Assembly (NCBI GenBank): GCA_944358505.1
Contig: CALVRG010000027.1
Span: 3,872 to 67,871, forward strand
Direction of reading: 5' to 3'
DNA: 64,000 nucleotides
Source: an uncultured Bacilli bacterium
GTDB lineage: Bacteria > Bacillota_I > Bacilli_A > RF39 > UBA660
Shown here: piece after piece, positions 48,357 to 58,339 of the stretch
How positions within the stretch are numbered: the stretch's first letter is position 1
Layout of the letters: every line of letters begins with the position of its first letter
Made by a program: the position numbers and the translations under genes
Notes under the pieces: generated by a model
Databases searched by the model: none
The model's input: only the letters and a program-made list of their open reading frames with translations
What the model was told of the DNA's origin: nothing

Positions 48357-49229
48357 ATGAAAAAAAGTAGGAAAATAAGAATATTTATAAGAAAAGTTAT
48401 TTCTATTATTAAATTACCAGAAATGCGTATTCTACCAGGACACCTTGCTTTTTTTCTTGTCATTTCCATTATTCCTTTAATTGCTTTAGTAGGAGCAATA
48501 GGTAGTAACTTTGGACTTCCCGCAACTTCAATTAAAGAATTATTAGATTCAGTAGTCCCACAAGATATTATTAATTATCTAATTCCTAGTGGTAATACAA
48601 ATAATTTACTGAGTTTTAATATGATAGTTTTTTTTAGTGCTGCTTTTATTCTAGCAAGCAATGGTACTTATTCTATTATTAATACTTCTAATCAAATATA
48701 TAAGATTAAAGATAAAGGAGAACTATCAAAAAGATTAAAAGCTATTTTAATGGTTATAATATTAGTAATTTTATTATTGTTTTTAATATTGGTACCAGCA
48801 TTTGGTGATATTTTGATAAAATTATTAACAACTTCTATAAATAATACAGGATTAACCGCTATAATAGAAGGAACTTATCATATCATAAAATATCCAATCT
48901 CATTATTCTTAATATATTATAATTTAAAATTACTCTATACAATTGCTCCAGATACACAAATAAGTAGCAAAAGTACTATTCCTGGTGCCTTATTTACTAC
49001 TATAATGTGGTTAATTAGTTCAAAAGTATATGCATTTTATGTTGATTATTTTTCAAATTATGACATATTCTATGGAGCTATGTCTAATATTTTAGTATTG
49101 TTTATTTGGGTTTATATACTAGCTTATATTTTTACACTTGGAATGTGTTTTAATGCAACGGGAGTAATACAAGAAACATTACGATTAAAAAGAAGTGATA
49201 TAGAAGAAGAACTAAAAAAGGATAATTAG
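48357..49229 (+). CDS. YihY/BrkB family membrane protein
   Basis: RILPGHLAFFLVISIIPLIALVGAIGS, the N-terminal YihY motif. 6 TM segments. RBS AGGAG. Confidence 0.7.
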   Translation: MKKSRKIRIFIRKVISIIKLPEMRILPGHLAFFLVISIIPLIALVGAIGSNFGLPATSIKELLDSVVPQDIINYLIPSGNTNNLLSFNMIVFFSAAFILASNGTYSIINTSNQIYKIKDKGELSKRLKAILMVIILVILLLFLILVPAFGDILIKLLTTSINNTGLTAIIEGTYHIIKYPISLFLIYYNLKLLYTIAPDTQISSKSTIPGALFTTIMWLISSKVYAFYVDYFSNYDIFYGAMSNILVLFIWVYILAYIFTLGMCFNATGVIQETLRLKRSDIEEELKKDN

Positions 49230-50071
49230 TTAGTATCTAAATATCTTATATAATACTCATCAAAGGTTAGATTACTAGCCTTTATTTTTTTTGCCAATTC
49301 TACTCCTACATATCTATAATGCCAAGCTTCAAAGTTATAGGTAGTAATAGCCTCTTTATTTTGGGGATATCTTAAAATAAATCCATAATCAGTAGAGTGT
49401 TTAAGCATCCATTTATATTCATCAGTATTTTCAAAATTATTAAAGTCATCGAAAGCTTTCGTTATATCAACAACTAGTCCAGTTTGATGCTCTGAATAAC
49501 CTGGTCTAGCTGAATAAGTATCAGCAATGCTAACTCCATCATTTTTAGAATAATTATCATATAAATTCTTTTGATAAGTATATGATCTATAAGCAGATAT
49601 TATTCTAATATTCATCCCGTCATTTTTAGCATTATTAATCAATTTTTCAAGATTATCTTTTGCTTCTTTAACTAAATAAATATCACTTTTAGCATAACTA
49701 TTATCTAAAAGTTCTAGATTATTTGGAATATAATCACTACTTAAATAATTAAACTTATTTACAAGTACATAATTAGTATTTAAATTACTAGCGGGTTTAG
49801 TATCAGTATAAAAATCTTTATCTAAATTTAAATTAACTCTAGTAACAATATCTTCATTACTAAAATTATTATTGTTACTCTTATATTTTTTATATCTTTC
49901 AAGATTATCCTCTTTATAATAAGAAATTTTTGTAAATTCATTAACATTTTCATTGGAAGTCTCTTTAATAGTATTGTTTTTTTTATTAGGATTAATATTA
50001 AATAGTAATATCATCAAAACAATGAAAATAAATACAATGATAATACTTAAAATAAAAATTATTTTTTTCAT
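49226..50071 (-). CDS. D-alanyl-D-alanine carboxypeptidase of the VanY/M15B family
   Basis: N-terminal TM anchor and zinc-peptidase motifs (SAYRSYTYQ, SEHQTGLVVDI, EAWHYRY). Confidence 0.65.
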   Translation of the reverse strand: MKKIIFILSIIIVFIFIVLMILLFNINPNKKNNTIKETSNENVNEFTKISYYKEDNLERYKKYKSNNNNFSNEDIVTRVNLNLDKDFYTDTKPASNLNTNYVLVNKFNYLSSDYIPNNLELLDNSYAKSDIYLVKEAKDNLEKLINNAKNDGMNIRIISAYRSYTYQKNLYDNYSKNDGVSIADTYSARPGYSEHQTGLVVDITKAFDDFNNFENTDEYKWMLKHSTDYGFILRYPQNKEAITTYNFEAWHYRYVGVELAKKIKASNLTFDEYYIRYLDTN

Positions 50072-50213
50072 AATTAAATTACCTCTATATTAACTAATAT
50101 ATTAAACAACATAATTGATTTATACCATATGACTACATAATTTGTTGTAATTAATTCATTTAATTTCACTTATTTTTCACAATTTATGGATAAACTTCTA
50201 TTAGGAGGGCTAT

Positions 50214-51926
50214 ATGAAAAAAAATAATAAAAAGCAGTTAATAAAAAGAGCAGTATTAATTATAGTAATTATAGTAGTAATTTGTGGATTATCTTATGGT
50301 GCATTTTTGTTAATTAGTGATATTAATGAAAAAATAGAAAAAGGTGAATATAACGATTTAACTTGGTTAAAGAATAATATAGAAATAACTAAAGATAAAA
50401 CAATAGGAAATGACATTTATTCAGTTACTAAATCAAGTAATATAGACATATACAATGTAACATATCAAGAAGCAGTTCAAAGTAAATTAGATGTTTTGCT
50501 AGAAAATGAATATACTTTTGAAAATCCATTAATGATTTACAATTTATATGGTACTAATACTTTAGGACTTAATTTATATTTTAAAACAGATGTAATGAGT
50601 AAAGTGAGTTATACTATTCATGTAGATGATAAAGATATAAATGACTTCTCTAGAACTCTTTCTAATAATCAAGAAAATAATTTAACTACAAATCATCAAT
50701 ATCAAATAATTGGCCTTATTCCTGGTATGATTAATGAGGTTAAGTTAGAATTGAAGAATGAGAATGAAGAAGTAATTGCTACTAAAGAATTTAATATTGA
50801 TCTTAGTACTATAAAAGTTAACGCACAAATAAAACTAGAAGTTAGTAATGGTGATAGTAAAGAAGAACTTACTGATGGGCTTTACTCTATGCTAGGAAAT
50901 GATTCTGATGAAACTGATTATTTAGCTCTTTATGATAATGATGGAATTTTAAGAATGGAAACAGAAATTATTGGATATAGAGCGCATAGAATTTTATTCA
51001 AAGATGATAAAATGTATTATTCTATTTCTCAAACTAAAATAGCTGAAATTAATTCACTTGGTCAAGTAATAGAAGTTTATCGCACAGGACATTATCAATT
51101 ACACCATGATTATGTATTTGACAATGATGGAAACTTAATTGTCCTTGCTAATAATACACTAAAGGATACTGAAGAAGATTGTATTATTAAAATAGATTTA
51201 GATACTAAAGCAGTTACAGAATTAATTGATTTTGAAGATATGTTTAAATCTTATGTTGATACTTGTAAATTAGATGAAAGTGGTTTTAGAGATGAAGGCG
51301 AAGATGGGATAGACTGGTTGCACTTAAACTCAATTGTATGGTTAGATGGAGATGTAATTCTTAGCAGCCGTGAGACTAGTACAATTTTAAGAGTTAACAA
51401 TATAGAAAAAAATCCTGAACTTGTATATTTGATTTCTGATAAAACTATTTGGGAAGATACAGAGTTTAGTAACTATGTTTATGATAAAAAAGGTGATTTT
51501 AAAATTCAAGCAGGGCAACATTGTTTAAATTATGAACCTACGAGTGAAGAAGGCGTTTATTATCTTACATTCTTTAATAATAATTATGGTAAATCTAATT
51601 CTCAACCTGATTTTGATTACACAAAAATTGGTATAGAAAATACAAATGCATTCAAAGGTACAGAATCTTATTATTATGTTTATAAAGTGGATGAAAACAA
51701 TAAAACATTTGAATTAATAGATAGTTTTGATGTTACATATTCAGGTATAGTAAGTAGTGTTCAAACAATGGATAATGGTAATATAATTGTTGATTCCGGT
51801 ACTGCAGGTGTTTTTGCAGAGTATGATGAAAATCATGAGCTAATTAGACAATTTACGGCAAAATTGAATAAGTATATGGTATATCGTGTATTTAAATATA
51901 CATTTGATGGTTTCTTTTTTGAATAA
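50214..51926 (+). CDS. Hypothetical membrane-anchored beta-rich protein (possibly arylsulfotransferase/ASST-like beta-propeller)
   Basis: N-terminal TM helix, a 540-aa extracytoplasmic domain and His-rich segments (HYQLHHDYVFDNDGN, DWLHLNS). The ASST assignment is a tentative recollection of family features. Confidence 0.3.
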   Translation: MKKNNKKQLIKRAVLIIVIIVVICGLSYGAFLLISDINEKIEKGEYNDLTWLKNNIEITKDKTIGNDIYSVTKSSNIDIYNVTYQEAVQSKLDVLLENEYTFENPLMIYNLYGTNTLGLNLYFKTDVMSKVSYTIHVDDKDINDFSRTLSNNQENNLTTNHQYQIIGLIPGMINEVKLELKNENEEVIATKEFNIDLSTIKVNAQIKLEVSNGDSKEELTDGLYSMLGNDSDETDYLALYDNDGILRMETEIIGYRAHRILFKDDKMYYSISQTKIAEINSLGQVIEVYRTGHYQLHHDYVFDNDGNLIVLANNTLKDTEEDCIIKIDLDTKAVTELIDFEDMFKSYVDTCKLDESGFRDEGEDGIDWLHLNSIVWLDGDVILSSRETSTILRVNNIEKNPELVYLISDKTIWEDTEFSNYVYDKKGDFKIQAGQHCLNYEPTSEEGVYYLTFFNNNYGKSNSQPDFDYTKIGIENTNAFKGTESYYYVYKVDENNKTFELIDSFDVTYSGIVSSVQTMDNGNIIVDSGTAGVFAEYDENHELIRQFTAKLNKYMVYRVFKYTFDGFFFE

Positions 51927-52069
51927 AGATAGTAAATCTATCTTTTTTATATTAGCAAAATAAATTAAGATAACAATTAAATATAATAAATACTATTAAT
52001 ATTTAAACTTATATTATGGTGGTTATAAGATAAAATTAAAAGCATAACATTAATTAGGAGTTGATAATT

Positions 52070-53248
52070 TTGAAAAAAATCTGTCTATTATTAATGCTGT
52101 CTTTACTTATAAATCCAATTTTTGTTAAAGCTTTAGAAAACAATCTTAATAATAATGATTCTTTAATTCCAAATGCTAAAGCAGGAATTTTAATGGATGC
52201 TACTACAGGAGAAATAATATATGATAAAAATAAAGATGAAAAACTTCCTGTAGCATCAATGACTAAAATGGTTGCTCAAATAATTATTTTAGAACAAATA
52301 GAAAAAGGTAAAATAAAATGGACTGATAAAGTTAAAGCTAGTAGTAATGCTTCGGGTATGGGTGGTAGTCAAATCTATCTAACAACAGGAGAAGAAATGA
52401 CAGTTGAAGATATGATGAAAGGTATTTCCATGGCTAGTGCTAATGATGCCACTGTAGCGATGGCTGAATATATCGGTGGTACAGAACTAGAGTTTGTAAA
52501 AATGATGAATGATAAAGTAAAGGAATTAGGATTAAAAAATACTCACTTTAAAAATTGTACAGGTTTAGATGAAGAAGATCACTATTCAAGTGCATATGAT
52601 ATGGCAATTATTGCAAGAGAATTACTAAAACACGAAAAAATACTAGAATTTTCATCAGTTTATGAAGATTATTTAAGAGAAGATACAGCCAATAAATTTT
52701 GGCTTGTAAATACTAATAAATTAGTTAGATTTTATGAAGGAGCAGATGGTTTGAAAACAGGACATACCGATGCTGCAAAATACTGTTTAGCTGCAACAGC
52801 AAAAAGAGATGATTTAAGACTTATTGCTATTGTTTTAGGAGAAGAGAATAGTCAAATTAGAAATAACGAAACTATGAGTTTACTTGATTATGGTTTCAAT
52901 AATTATAAAATAGAAATACTTAAAACTACAGATGATATAATTAAAGAAATAAGACTTGACAAAGCGACAAGCCCTAAAATAAGTTTAGTGCCACTTAATG
53001 ATATTGCCATATTATCTAAAAAAAGTGAAGATACAAAAAAATATACTTATGATATAAAAATAACTAGTAGTGACTTACCATTAAAAATAGGTGACGAAGT
53101 AGGTAAAATTATTGTTAAAGATAAAGATGATAATAAAGTAAAAGAAGAAATATTAACAGTTACAGAAAATGTAGATAAACTCAATTTTCTAGAACTTTTA
53201 GGAAAAACATTGGTTGATATAATGATTGGTAATATGAGTTTTATTTAA
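52070..53248 (+). CDS. dacA: D-alanyl-D-alanine carboxypeptidase (S11, PBP5/DacA-type)
   Basis: Signal peptide, SxxK (VASMTKMV), SxN (SANDAT) and KTG (LKTGHT) motifs. TTG start 52070 with AGGAG 8 nt upstream; the track ORF starts at 52061. Confidence 0.85.
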   Translation: MKKICLLLMLSLLINPIFVKALENNLNNNDSLIPNAKAGILMDATTGEIIYDKNKDEKLPVASMTKMVAQIIILEQIEKGKIKWTDKVKASSNASGMGGSQIYLTTGEEMTVEDMMKGISMASANDATVAMAEYIGGTELEFVKMMNDKVKELGLKNTHFKNCTGLDEEDHYSSAYDMAIIARELLKHEKILEFSSVYEDYLREDTANKFWLVNTNKLVRFYEGADGLKTGHTDAAKYCLAATAKRDDLRLIAIVLGEENSQIRNNETMSLLDYGFNNYKIEILKTTDDIIKEIRLDKATSPKISLVPLNDIAILSKKSEDTKKYTYDIKITSSDLPLKIGDEVGKIIVKDKDDNKVKEEILTVTENVDKLNFLELLGKTLVDIMIGNMSFI

Positions 53249-53265
53249 AGGTTAAAATATAATAA

Positions 53266-53295
53266 AACAGATAATTATTCTAATTATCTGTTTTT
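53266..53295. terminator. Bidirectional rho-independent terminator between convergent genes
   Basis: Perfect 12-bp palindrome aacagataatta-ttc-taattatctgtt flanked by aaaa (5') and ttttt (3'). Confidence 0.55.
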
Positions 53296-53301
53296 AAGAT
53301 T

Positions 53302-53652
53302 TTACTTAATATTATTAATTAAAAAATTATATTCACTAGCATGTCTTAATTCATCAGTCATTATAGACATAAGTAATGTATAACTATTACCACTAGGCAT
53401 AGTTCCTAGTATTTTTCTATATTTTTTTACTGCATTTAATTCTCCAAATAAAGCTTTTTCTAAATTCAATTTATAATTTAAATTATTATTTGAAATATTA
53501 GTCAAAGTGTCATTTGGTATTAACTGATTAGTAAATTCATAATATAAATTTCTTAAAATTTTATTATGCTTTCGCTCATCATCTCTAATATTGCTTATTA
53601 TATCTTTTTCTTTTTGGGAAGGTGCTTGATTTATTAACATATTATAAAACAT
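53302..53652 (-). CDS. Hypothetical small protein with a ferritin/rubrerythrin-like helical motif
   Basis: The 116-aa product contains E..NAV.KY...........DELRHA, reminiscent of a diiron-ligand helix pair. There is an in-frame stop 16 codons upstream of the Met, so it is not obviously truncated. Confidence 0.25.
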   Translation of the reverse strand: MFYNMLINQAPSQKEKDIISNIRDDERKHNKILRNLYYEFTNQLIPNDTLTNISNNNLNYKLNLEKALFGELNAVKKYRKILGTMPSGNSYTLLMSIMTDELRHASEYNFLINNIK

Positions 53653-53761
53653 TTCATCTTCTTTTTCATTAAATTTTACTAAGTAGTTTTAAAATAATTT
53701 GTAAATTAATCTTAACTATGATATCATTACTTTATAAGATAGAAAATGGAGGTAAGAAGCA

Positions 53762-54022
53762 ATGCTAAAAAAAGATGTTATTGTAAAAAGTGTATCAGGT
53801 TTACATGCAAGACCAGGCAGTAATTTAGTAGAACTTGCTCTTACATTTAAATCAGATATAAAACTAATTCATAATGGTAATAGTATAAATGCTAAAGAAA
53901 TATTAGAAGTTATGATGGGAAATATTAATTGTGGTGATAAATTAACAGTAGAAACTTCTGGAGAAGATGAGAAAGTTGCACTAGATGCAATTTGTGATTA
54001 TATTTTAAAAGGTGAAGAATAG
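53762..54022 (+). CDS. ptsH: Phosphocarrier protein HPr
   Basis: Active-site His15 context (VSGLHARPGS). 86 aa. The Ser46 context (KEIL..MMG) is only approximately conserved. Confidence 0.85.
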   Translation: MLKKDVIVKSVSGLHARPGSNLVELALTFKSDIKLIHNGNSINAKEILEVMMGNINCGDKLTVETSGEDEKVALDAICDYILKGEE

Positions 54023-55756
54023 ATGAAATACTTAGGTAATAAAGTGGGCAATGGACTAGCTATTGGAAAAGTATATATAATTAATACTAAAATTCCCAGA
54101 ATAGAAAAGAAAAGTCTAAGTAATGAAGAAGAAATAACTAAAGAAAAAGAGAGTTTAAAATTAGTTTTAAATGAAGTTGTTAGAGATTATGAAAAATTAG
54201 GCCAAGAGGCGAAAGAAGATGAAATAAAAGATCTTTGTAATTTTTATAAAATCTTATTAAATTCTAATAGCCTTATAACATCCATGGAAGAAGAAATAAC
54301 TAGAGAAAAATGTGATAAATTAACTGCTATCACTAAAGTTATGAAGACAAAGCAAGAAGAACTTTCTTTGGTAGATAATGCTTATTTAAGAGAAAGAAGT
54401 AAAGATATAGAAGATGTTACTAATAAACTTTTACGAAAAACTTTAGGTATGAAAGAGATAGATTTAAAGACTTTAACTGAAGATACAATTTTAGTAGCAG
54501 AGTCTATACCACCTTCTGTTTTATTATCAAACCATTTATCTCATGTAAAAGGAATTATTTCGGAAATAGGAGGCAAAACATCACATGTTGCAATACTTGC
54601 CGGAACTTTAGGTATTCCAGCAGTATTTGGAATTAAAGAAATTAGTAAAATTTTAACTAATGGAGAATTAATTTATATTAATGGTAATGAAGGATATATA
54701 GAAACTAATTTAACTAATACTAGAATAACAGAAATAAAAGAAAAACTAAAAAAAGAAGAATTATTAAAAGAATCATTACTAGATATGAAAGACAAATCTA
54801 GTACCACTAAAGATAATAAAAAACTTTTAGTATCTGCAAATGCTGGTGAGCTATCAGAACTTGACAAATTACTTGAACTAAATTGTGATGGAATAGGGCT
54901 ATTTAGAACAGAATTCTTATTTTTAAATAGAAATGTAGCACCTGAAGAAGATTATTTGTTTAATGTATATAAAGCCTTTGCAGAAAAGATGAAGGATAAA
55001 CAGTTAATTATTAGAACTCTTGATATTGGAGGGGATAAAAAATGTTCTTATTTAGATATTAATAATGAACAAAACCCTTTTTTAGGATATCGTGCTATTA
55101 GGTATTGTCTTAATAATAAAGAATTTTTTAAAGTAAGCTTAAGAGCAATTCTAAGAGCAAGTCATTATGGAAATGTAATGATAATGTATCCTTTTGTTTC
55201 TTCTTTAGAAGAAATACGTAAAGCTAACGAAATTTTAAATGAAGCAAAAATCGAATTAGCAAGTAATAATATACCTTTTAATAAAAATATAAAAGTAGGC
55301 ATTATGATAGAAATCCCAAGTGCCGCTATTATGGCAAATATGCTAATAGATGAAGTTGATTTCTTTAGTATTGGTACAAATGATTTAATCCAGTATACAG
55401 TGGCAGTTGATAGATTAAATCCTACTGTTAGCAATCTTTATAGTTTTTATAATCCCGGAGTTATTAAGCTTATAAAAAATACTATAGATTCTGTTAAAAA
55501 TAAAAAGGGCAAATTTGTTGGTATGTGTGGAGAAATGGCTACAGATCCATTATCAATTATTCTTTTAGTGGGTTTAGGATTAGAAGAATTTAGCGTTAAT
55601 GCTAGTATGGTATTAAAAGTAAAGAAATTAATTTCATTAATAGATTCTAATGAAGCTAAAAAAATAGCAAATAAAGTATTAACATTAAAAACAAGTAAAG
55701 AAATAGAAGAATATCTAGATAATAAGGCAAGAATAATATATGGCAAATATTATTAA
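54023..55756 (+). CDS. ptsI: PTS enzyme I (phosphoenolpyruvate-protein phosphotransferase)
   Basis: Phospho-His motif GGKTSHVAILAGTLGIPAV, a PEP-utilising domain, and a Cys in GMCGEMA. 577 aa. Confidence 0.9.
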   Translation: MKYLGNKVGNGLAIGKVYIINTKIPRIEKKSLSNEEEITKEKESLKLVLNEVVRDYEKLGQEAKEDEIKDLCNFYKILLNSNSLITSMEEEITREKCDKLTAITKVMKTKQEELSLVDNAYLRERSKDIEDVTNKLLRKTLGMKEIDLKTLTEDTILVAESIPPSVLLSNHLSHVKGIISEIGGKTSHVAILAGTLGIPAVFGIKEISKILTNGELIYINGNEGYIETNLTNTRITEIKEKLKKEELLKESLLDMKDKSSTTKDNKKLLVSANAGELSELDKLLELNCDGIGLFRTEFLFLNRNVAPEEDYLFNVYKAFAEKMKDKQLIIRTLDIGGDKKCSYLDINNEQNPFLGYRAIRYCLNNKEFFKVSLRAILRASHYGNVMIMYPFVSSLEEIRKANEILNEAKIELASNNIPFNKNIKVGIMIEIPSAAIMANMLIDEVDFFSIGTNDLIQYTVAVDRLNPTVSNLYSFYNPGVIKLIKNTIDSVKNKKGKFVGMCGEMATDPLSIILLVGLGLEEFSVNASMVLKVKKLISLIDSNEAKKIANKVLTLKTSKEIEEYLDNKARIIYGKYY

Positions 55757-55767
55757 GGAGGATAATT

Positions 55768-56238
55768 ATGGCAAAGAATAATATTATATTAACAAGGATT
55801 GACAATAGGCTAATACACGGACAAATAGTATGCTTATGGGCTGGTTCAGTTGGAGCTAATCTTATTGTAGTTGCACATGATGAAACAGCAGAAAGTCAAA
55901 TTGAACAAAGTGTTATGAGGATGGCAGCATCTTCACTTGGATTTGATACAAGGTTCTTTACAGTTCAAAAAACAATAGATATTATTGATAAGGCTTCAAG
56001 TAATCAAAAGATTTTGCTAATATGTCAAAATCCTCATGATCTTAGAAGAATAATTGAAGGAGGTGTAGAAGTTAAGGAAGTCAACATTGGCAATCTTTAT
56101 TATGATGAAGGAGAAAAGAAATTAAGTGATAAAGTTGCTGTAAATGAAGAGGAGTTAAATGATTTAAATTATATCAAAAAACACGTTGATAAAATTTACA
56201 TTCAAGATACACCAGATTCATTAAAACAAGAATTTTAA
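55768..56238 (+). CDS. PTS mannose/sorbose-family EIIB component
   Basis: N-terminal phospho-His motif IILTRIDNRLIHGQIV. 156 aa. Confidence 0.8.
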   Translation: MAKNNIILTRIDNRLIHGQIVCLWAGSVGANLIVVAHDETAESQIEQSVMRMAASSLGFDTRFFTVQKTIDIIDKASSNQKILLICQNPHDLRRIIEGGVEVKEVNIGNLYYDEGEKKLSDKVAVNEEELNDLNYIKKHVDKIYIQDTPDSLKQEF

Positions 56239-56252
56239 GGGAGGAAGAATTT

Positions 56253-57029
56253 ATGGAAATTACTTTATTGCAAGGAATAATTATTACATTAATAATTATG
56301 ATACTTGTTATTGACAGACATCTAGAAGCATTATTTATTTTTAGACCTATTATTGTTTGTCCTATAGTTGGAGCTGTTTTAGGTGATTTAAATACTGGAT
56401 TAATTGCTGGTGGTATGGTAGAACTTGCTTTTGCAGGTATTGCTGGAATTGGAGGTGCTTCTGTTCCAGAGGCATTGCTTACTAGTGTTATGACTGTAGT
56501 TTTTGCACATATTACAGGAAGCAATGTAGCAACTAGTTTGGCTTTGGCATATCCATTCGGAGTATTATTACAATTTTTATGGACTGTTAGGAATACAGCC
56601 TTTACAGCATTTAATGGGCCTGCAGAACGTTATGCTAAAGAAGGAAACATTAAAGGATTAGTTAAGTTATGCTTCTACGGAATAGTTATTACTAGTATTG
56701 CTACTGGTATATTAACATTCTTATCAGTATATGCAGCTCAAGAACCACTAAAAGCATTGGTAGAAGCAATGCCAGATTGGTTAATTAATGGTTTCCAAGT
56801 AGCTGGTGGATTACTACCTGCTGTTGGATTTGCGATGTTACTTCGTGTAACTTTAAAAGCAAAATATGTACCATATTTACTTGCTGGATTCCTATTTGCA
56901 ACATTTATTCAAATAGATAACGTTTTACCTGTTGCCATTATGGGTGTTGCTTTCGCTTTAATGGAATACTATAGAAGTAATGAAAAACAAATAATAACTA
57001 CTGAAGGAGGAGAAGCAAATGGCATCTAA
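56253..57029 (+). CDS. PTS mannose/sorbose-family EIIC component
   Basis: A 258-aa polytopic membrane protein between the IIB and IID genes, with a Gly-rich AGGMVELAFAGIAGIGG segment. Confidence 0.75.
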   Translation: MEITLLQGIIITLIIMILVIDRHLEALFIFRPIIVCPIVGAVLGDLNTGLIAGGMVELAFAGIAGIGGASVPEALLTSVMTVVFAHITGSNVATSLALAYPFGVLLQFLWTVRNTAFTAFNGPAERYAKEGNIKGLVKLCFYGIVITSIATGILTFLSVYAAQEPLKALVEAMPDWLINGFQVAGGLLPAVGFAMLLRVTLKAKYVPYLLAGFLFATFIQIDNVLPVAIMGVAFALMEYYRSNEKQIITTEGGEANGI

Positions 57030-57822
57030 AAAAAGAAAAAGAATTATTACAGATTCTGATTTGAATGATTTAGCTTTGCTTTCAGTGCTAAACCAAGCTT
57101 GCTTTAATTACGAAAGAATGCAAAGCATTGGTTTTACTGCCTCTATGGGACCAGCTTTAAAGAAAATATATAAAGATGATCCTAAAACATTAGAGAAAGT
57201 ATTACATGATAATCTAGAATTTATTAATACTCACAATACTTTATTACCTTATTTACAAGGTTTAATGCTATCCTTATATGAAGGAAAAGAAGATCCAGAT
57301 ACAGTAAAAAAAATAAAAATATCTTTATTTGGACCATTAGCAGGAATTGGAGATGCTTTATTCTGGTTTACATTACTTCCTATAATGGCAGGAATTTGTG
57401 CATCACTATCTAGTCAAGGAAATGTAATAGGGCCAGTACTATTTTTCTTAGTATTCTTATTAGCATTCATGCTTCGTTTTCCATTAGCAAGAATTGGTTA
57501 TAAGACTGGTACTGCAGCACTTGATAAAATTCAAGAAAATACTAAACGAGTAAGTAATGCAGCTTCTGTTTTAGGTGTTACAATATTAGGCGGCTTAATT
57601 GCAAGCTATGTAACATTAAATGTTAAGACAGTTATTGATATTGGTCATGATGCAACAGTTAGTTTACAAACAGACTTCTTTGATAAAATACTACCTAATA
57701 TATTACCTTTTGCATTTACCTTCTTAATTTATTTCTTATTAAGAAAAAAAGTAAATACAACAGTATTAATTTGTGGAATAATAATATTCGCAATATTGTT
57801 CTCATTTCTTGGTATACTTTAG
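57019..57822 (+). CDS. PTS mannose/sorbose-family EIID component
   Basis: The N-terminal cytoplasmic region with FNYERMQSIGF and TAS...GP motifs is typical of IID. 267 aa. Confidence 0.75.
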   Translation: MASKKRKRIITDSDLNDLALLSVLNQACFNYERMQSIGFTASMGPALKKIYKDDPKTLEKVLHDNLEFINTHNTLLPYLQGLMLSLYEGKEDPDTVKKIKISLFGPLAGIGDALFWFTLLPIMAGICASLSSQGNVIGPVLFFLVFLLAFMLRFPLARIGYKTGTAALDKIQENTKRVSNAASVLGVTILGGLIASYVTLNVKTVIDIGHDATVSLQTDFFDKILPNILPFAFTFLIYFLLRKKVNTTVLICGIIIFAILFSFLGIL

Positions 57823-57824
57823 AA

Positions 57825-57850
57825 AAAAGCCAACAAGGCTTTTTCTTTTT
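57825..57850 (+). terminator. Rho-independent terminator after the EIID gene
   Basis: aaaagcc-aacaa-ggctttt hairpin followed by tctttttat. Confidence 0.5.
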
Positions 57851-57892
57851 ATCTAAAAATGCTATAATTTATATAGGAGGGTAGTGATTAGT

Positions 57893-58318
57893 TTGCAAAT
57901 AATAATAATTACAGGGCACAATCGTTTTGCAAGTGGAATCCTAAGTTCACTTACTATGATTGCAGGAGTTAAAGAAAATATTTATGCAGTAGATTTTTTA
58001 GATAACGATAATGATAATACTCTTGAAGAAAAAATAAAAAATATCTTAAAAGAAAATAATGATAAAGAGGTCTTATTTGCTTGTGATTTGATGGGAGGAA
58101 CACCATTTAAAATGGCCTCTAAATTAGCATTCACTAATGATAATTATGAAGTAGTCGCGGGTATTAACTTAGGCGGTTTAATAGATACATCTATGAAATT
58201 AAATAAAATGAATATCAAAGAGTTAAAGACATCATGCAAAGAAGCAACTATTAAATCAGTTATCTCATTAGAAAAAATATTGCCACAAAAAGAAAAAGAA
58301 TCATCCGAAGGAATTTAA
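57893..58318 (+). CDS. PTS mannose/sorbose-family EIIA component
   Basis: MQIIIITGHNRFASG, the EIIA-Man phospho-His motif. Start TTG 57893 with AGGAGGG 11 nt upstream; the track ORF starts at GTG 57884. Confidence 0.7.
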   Translation: MQIIIITGHNRFASGILSSLTMIAGVKENIYAVDFLDNDNDNTLEEKIKNILKENNDKEVLFACDLMGGTPFKMASKLAFTNDNYEVVAGINLGGLIDTSMKLNKMNIKELKTSCKEATIKSVISLEKILPQKEKESSEGI

Positions 58319-58339
58319 TGATTCTTTTTCTAATTAATT

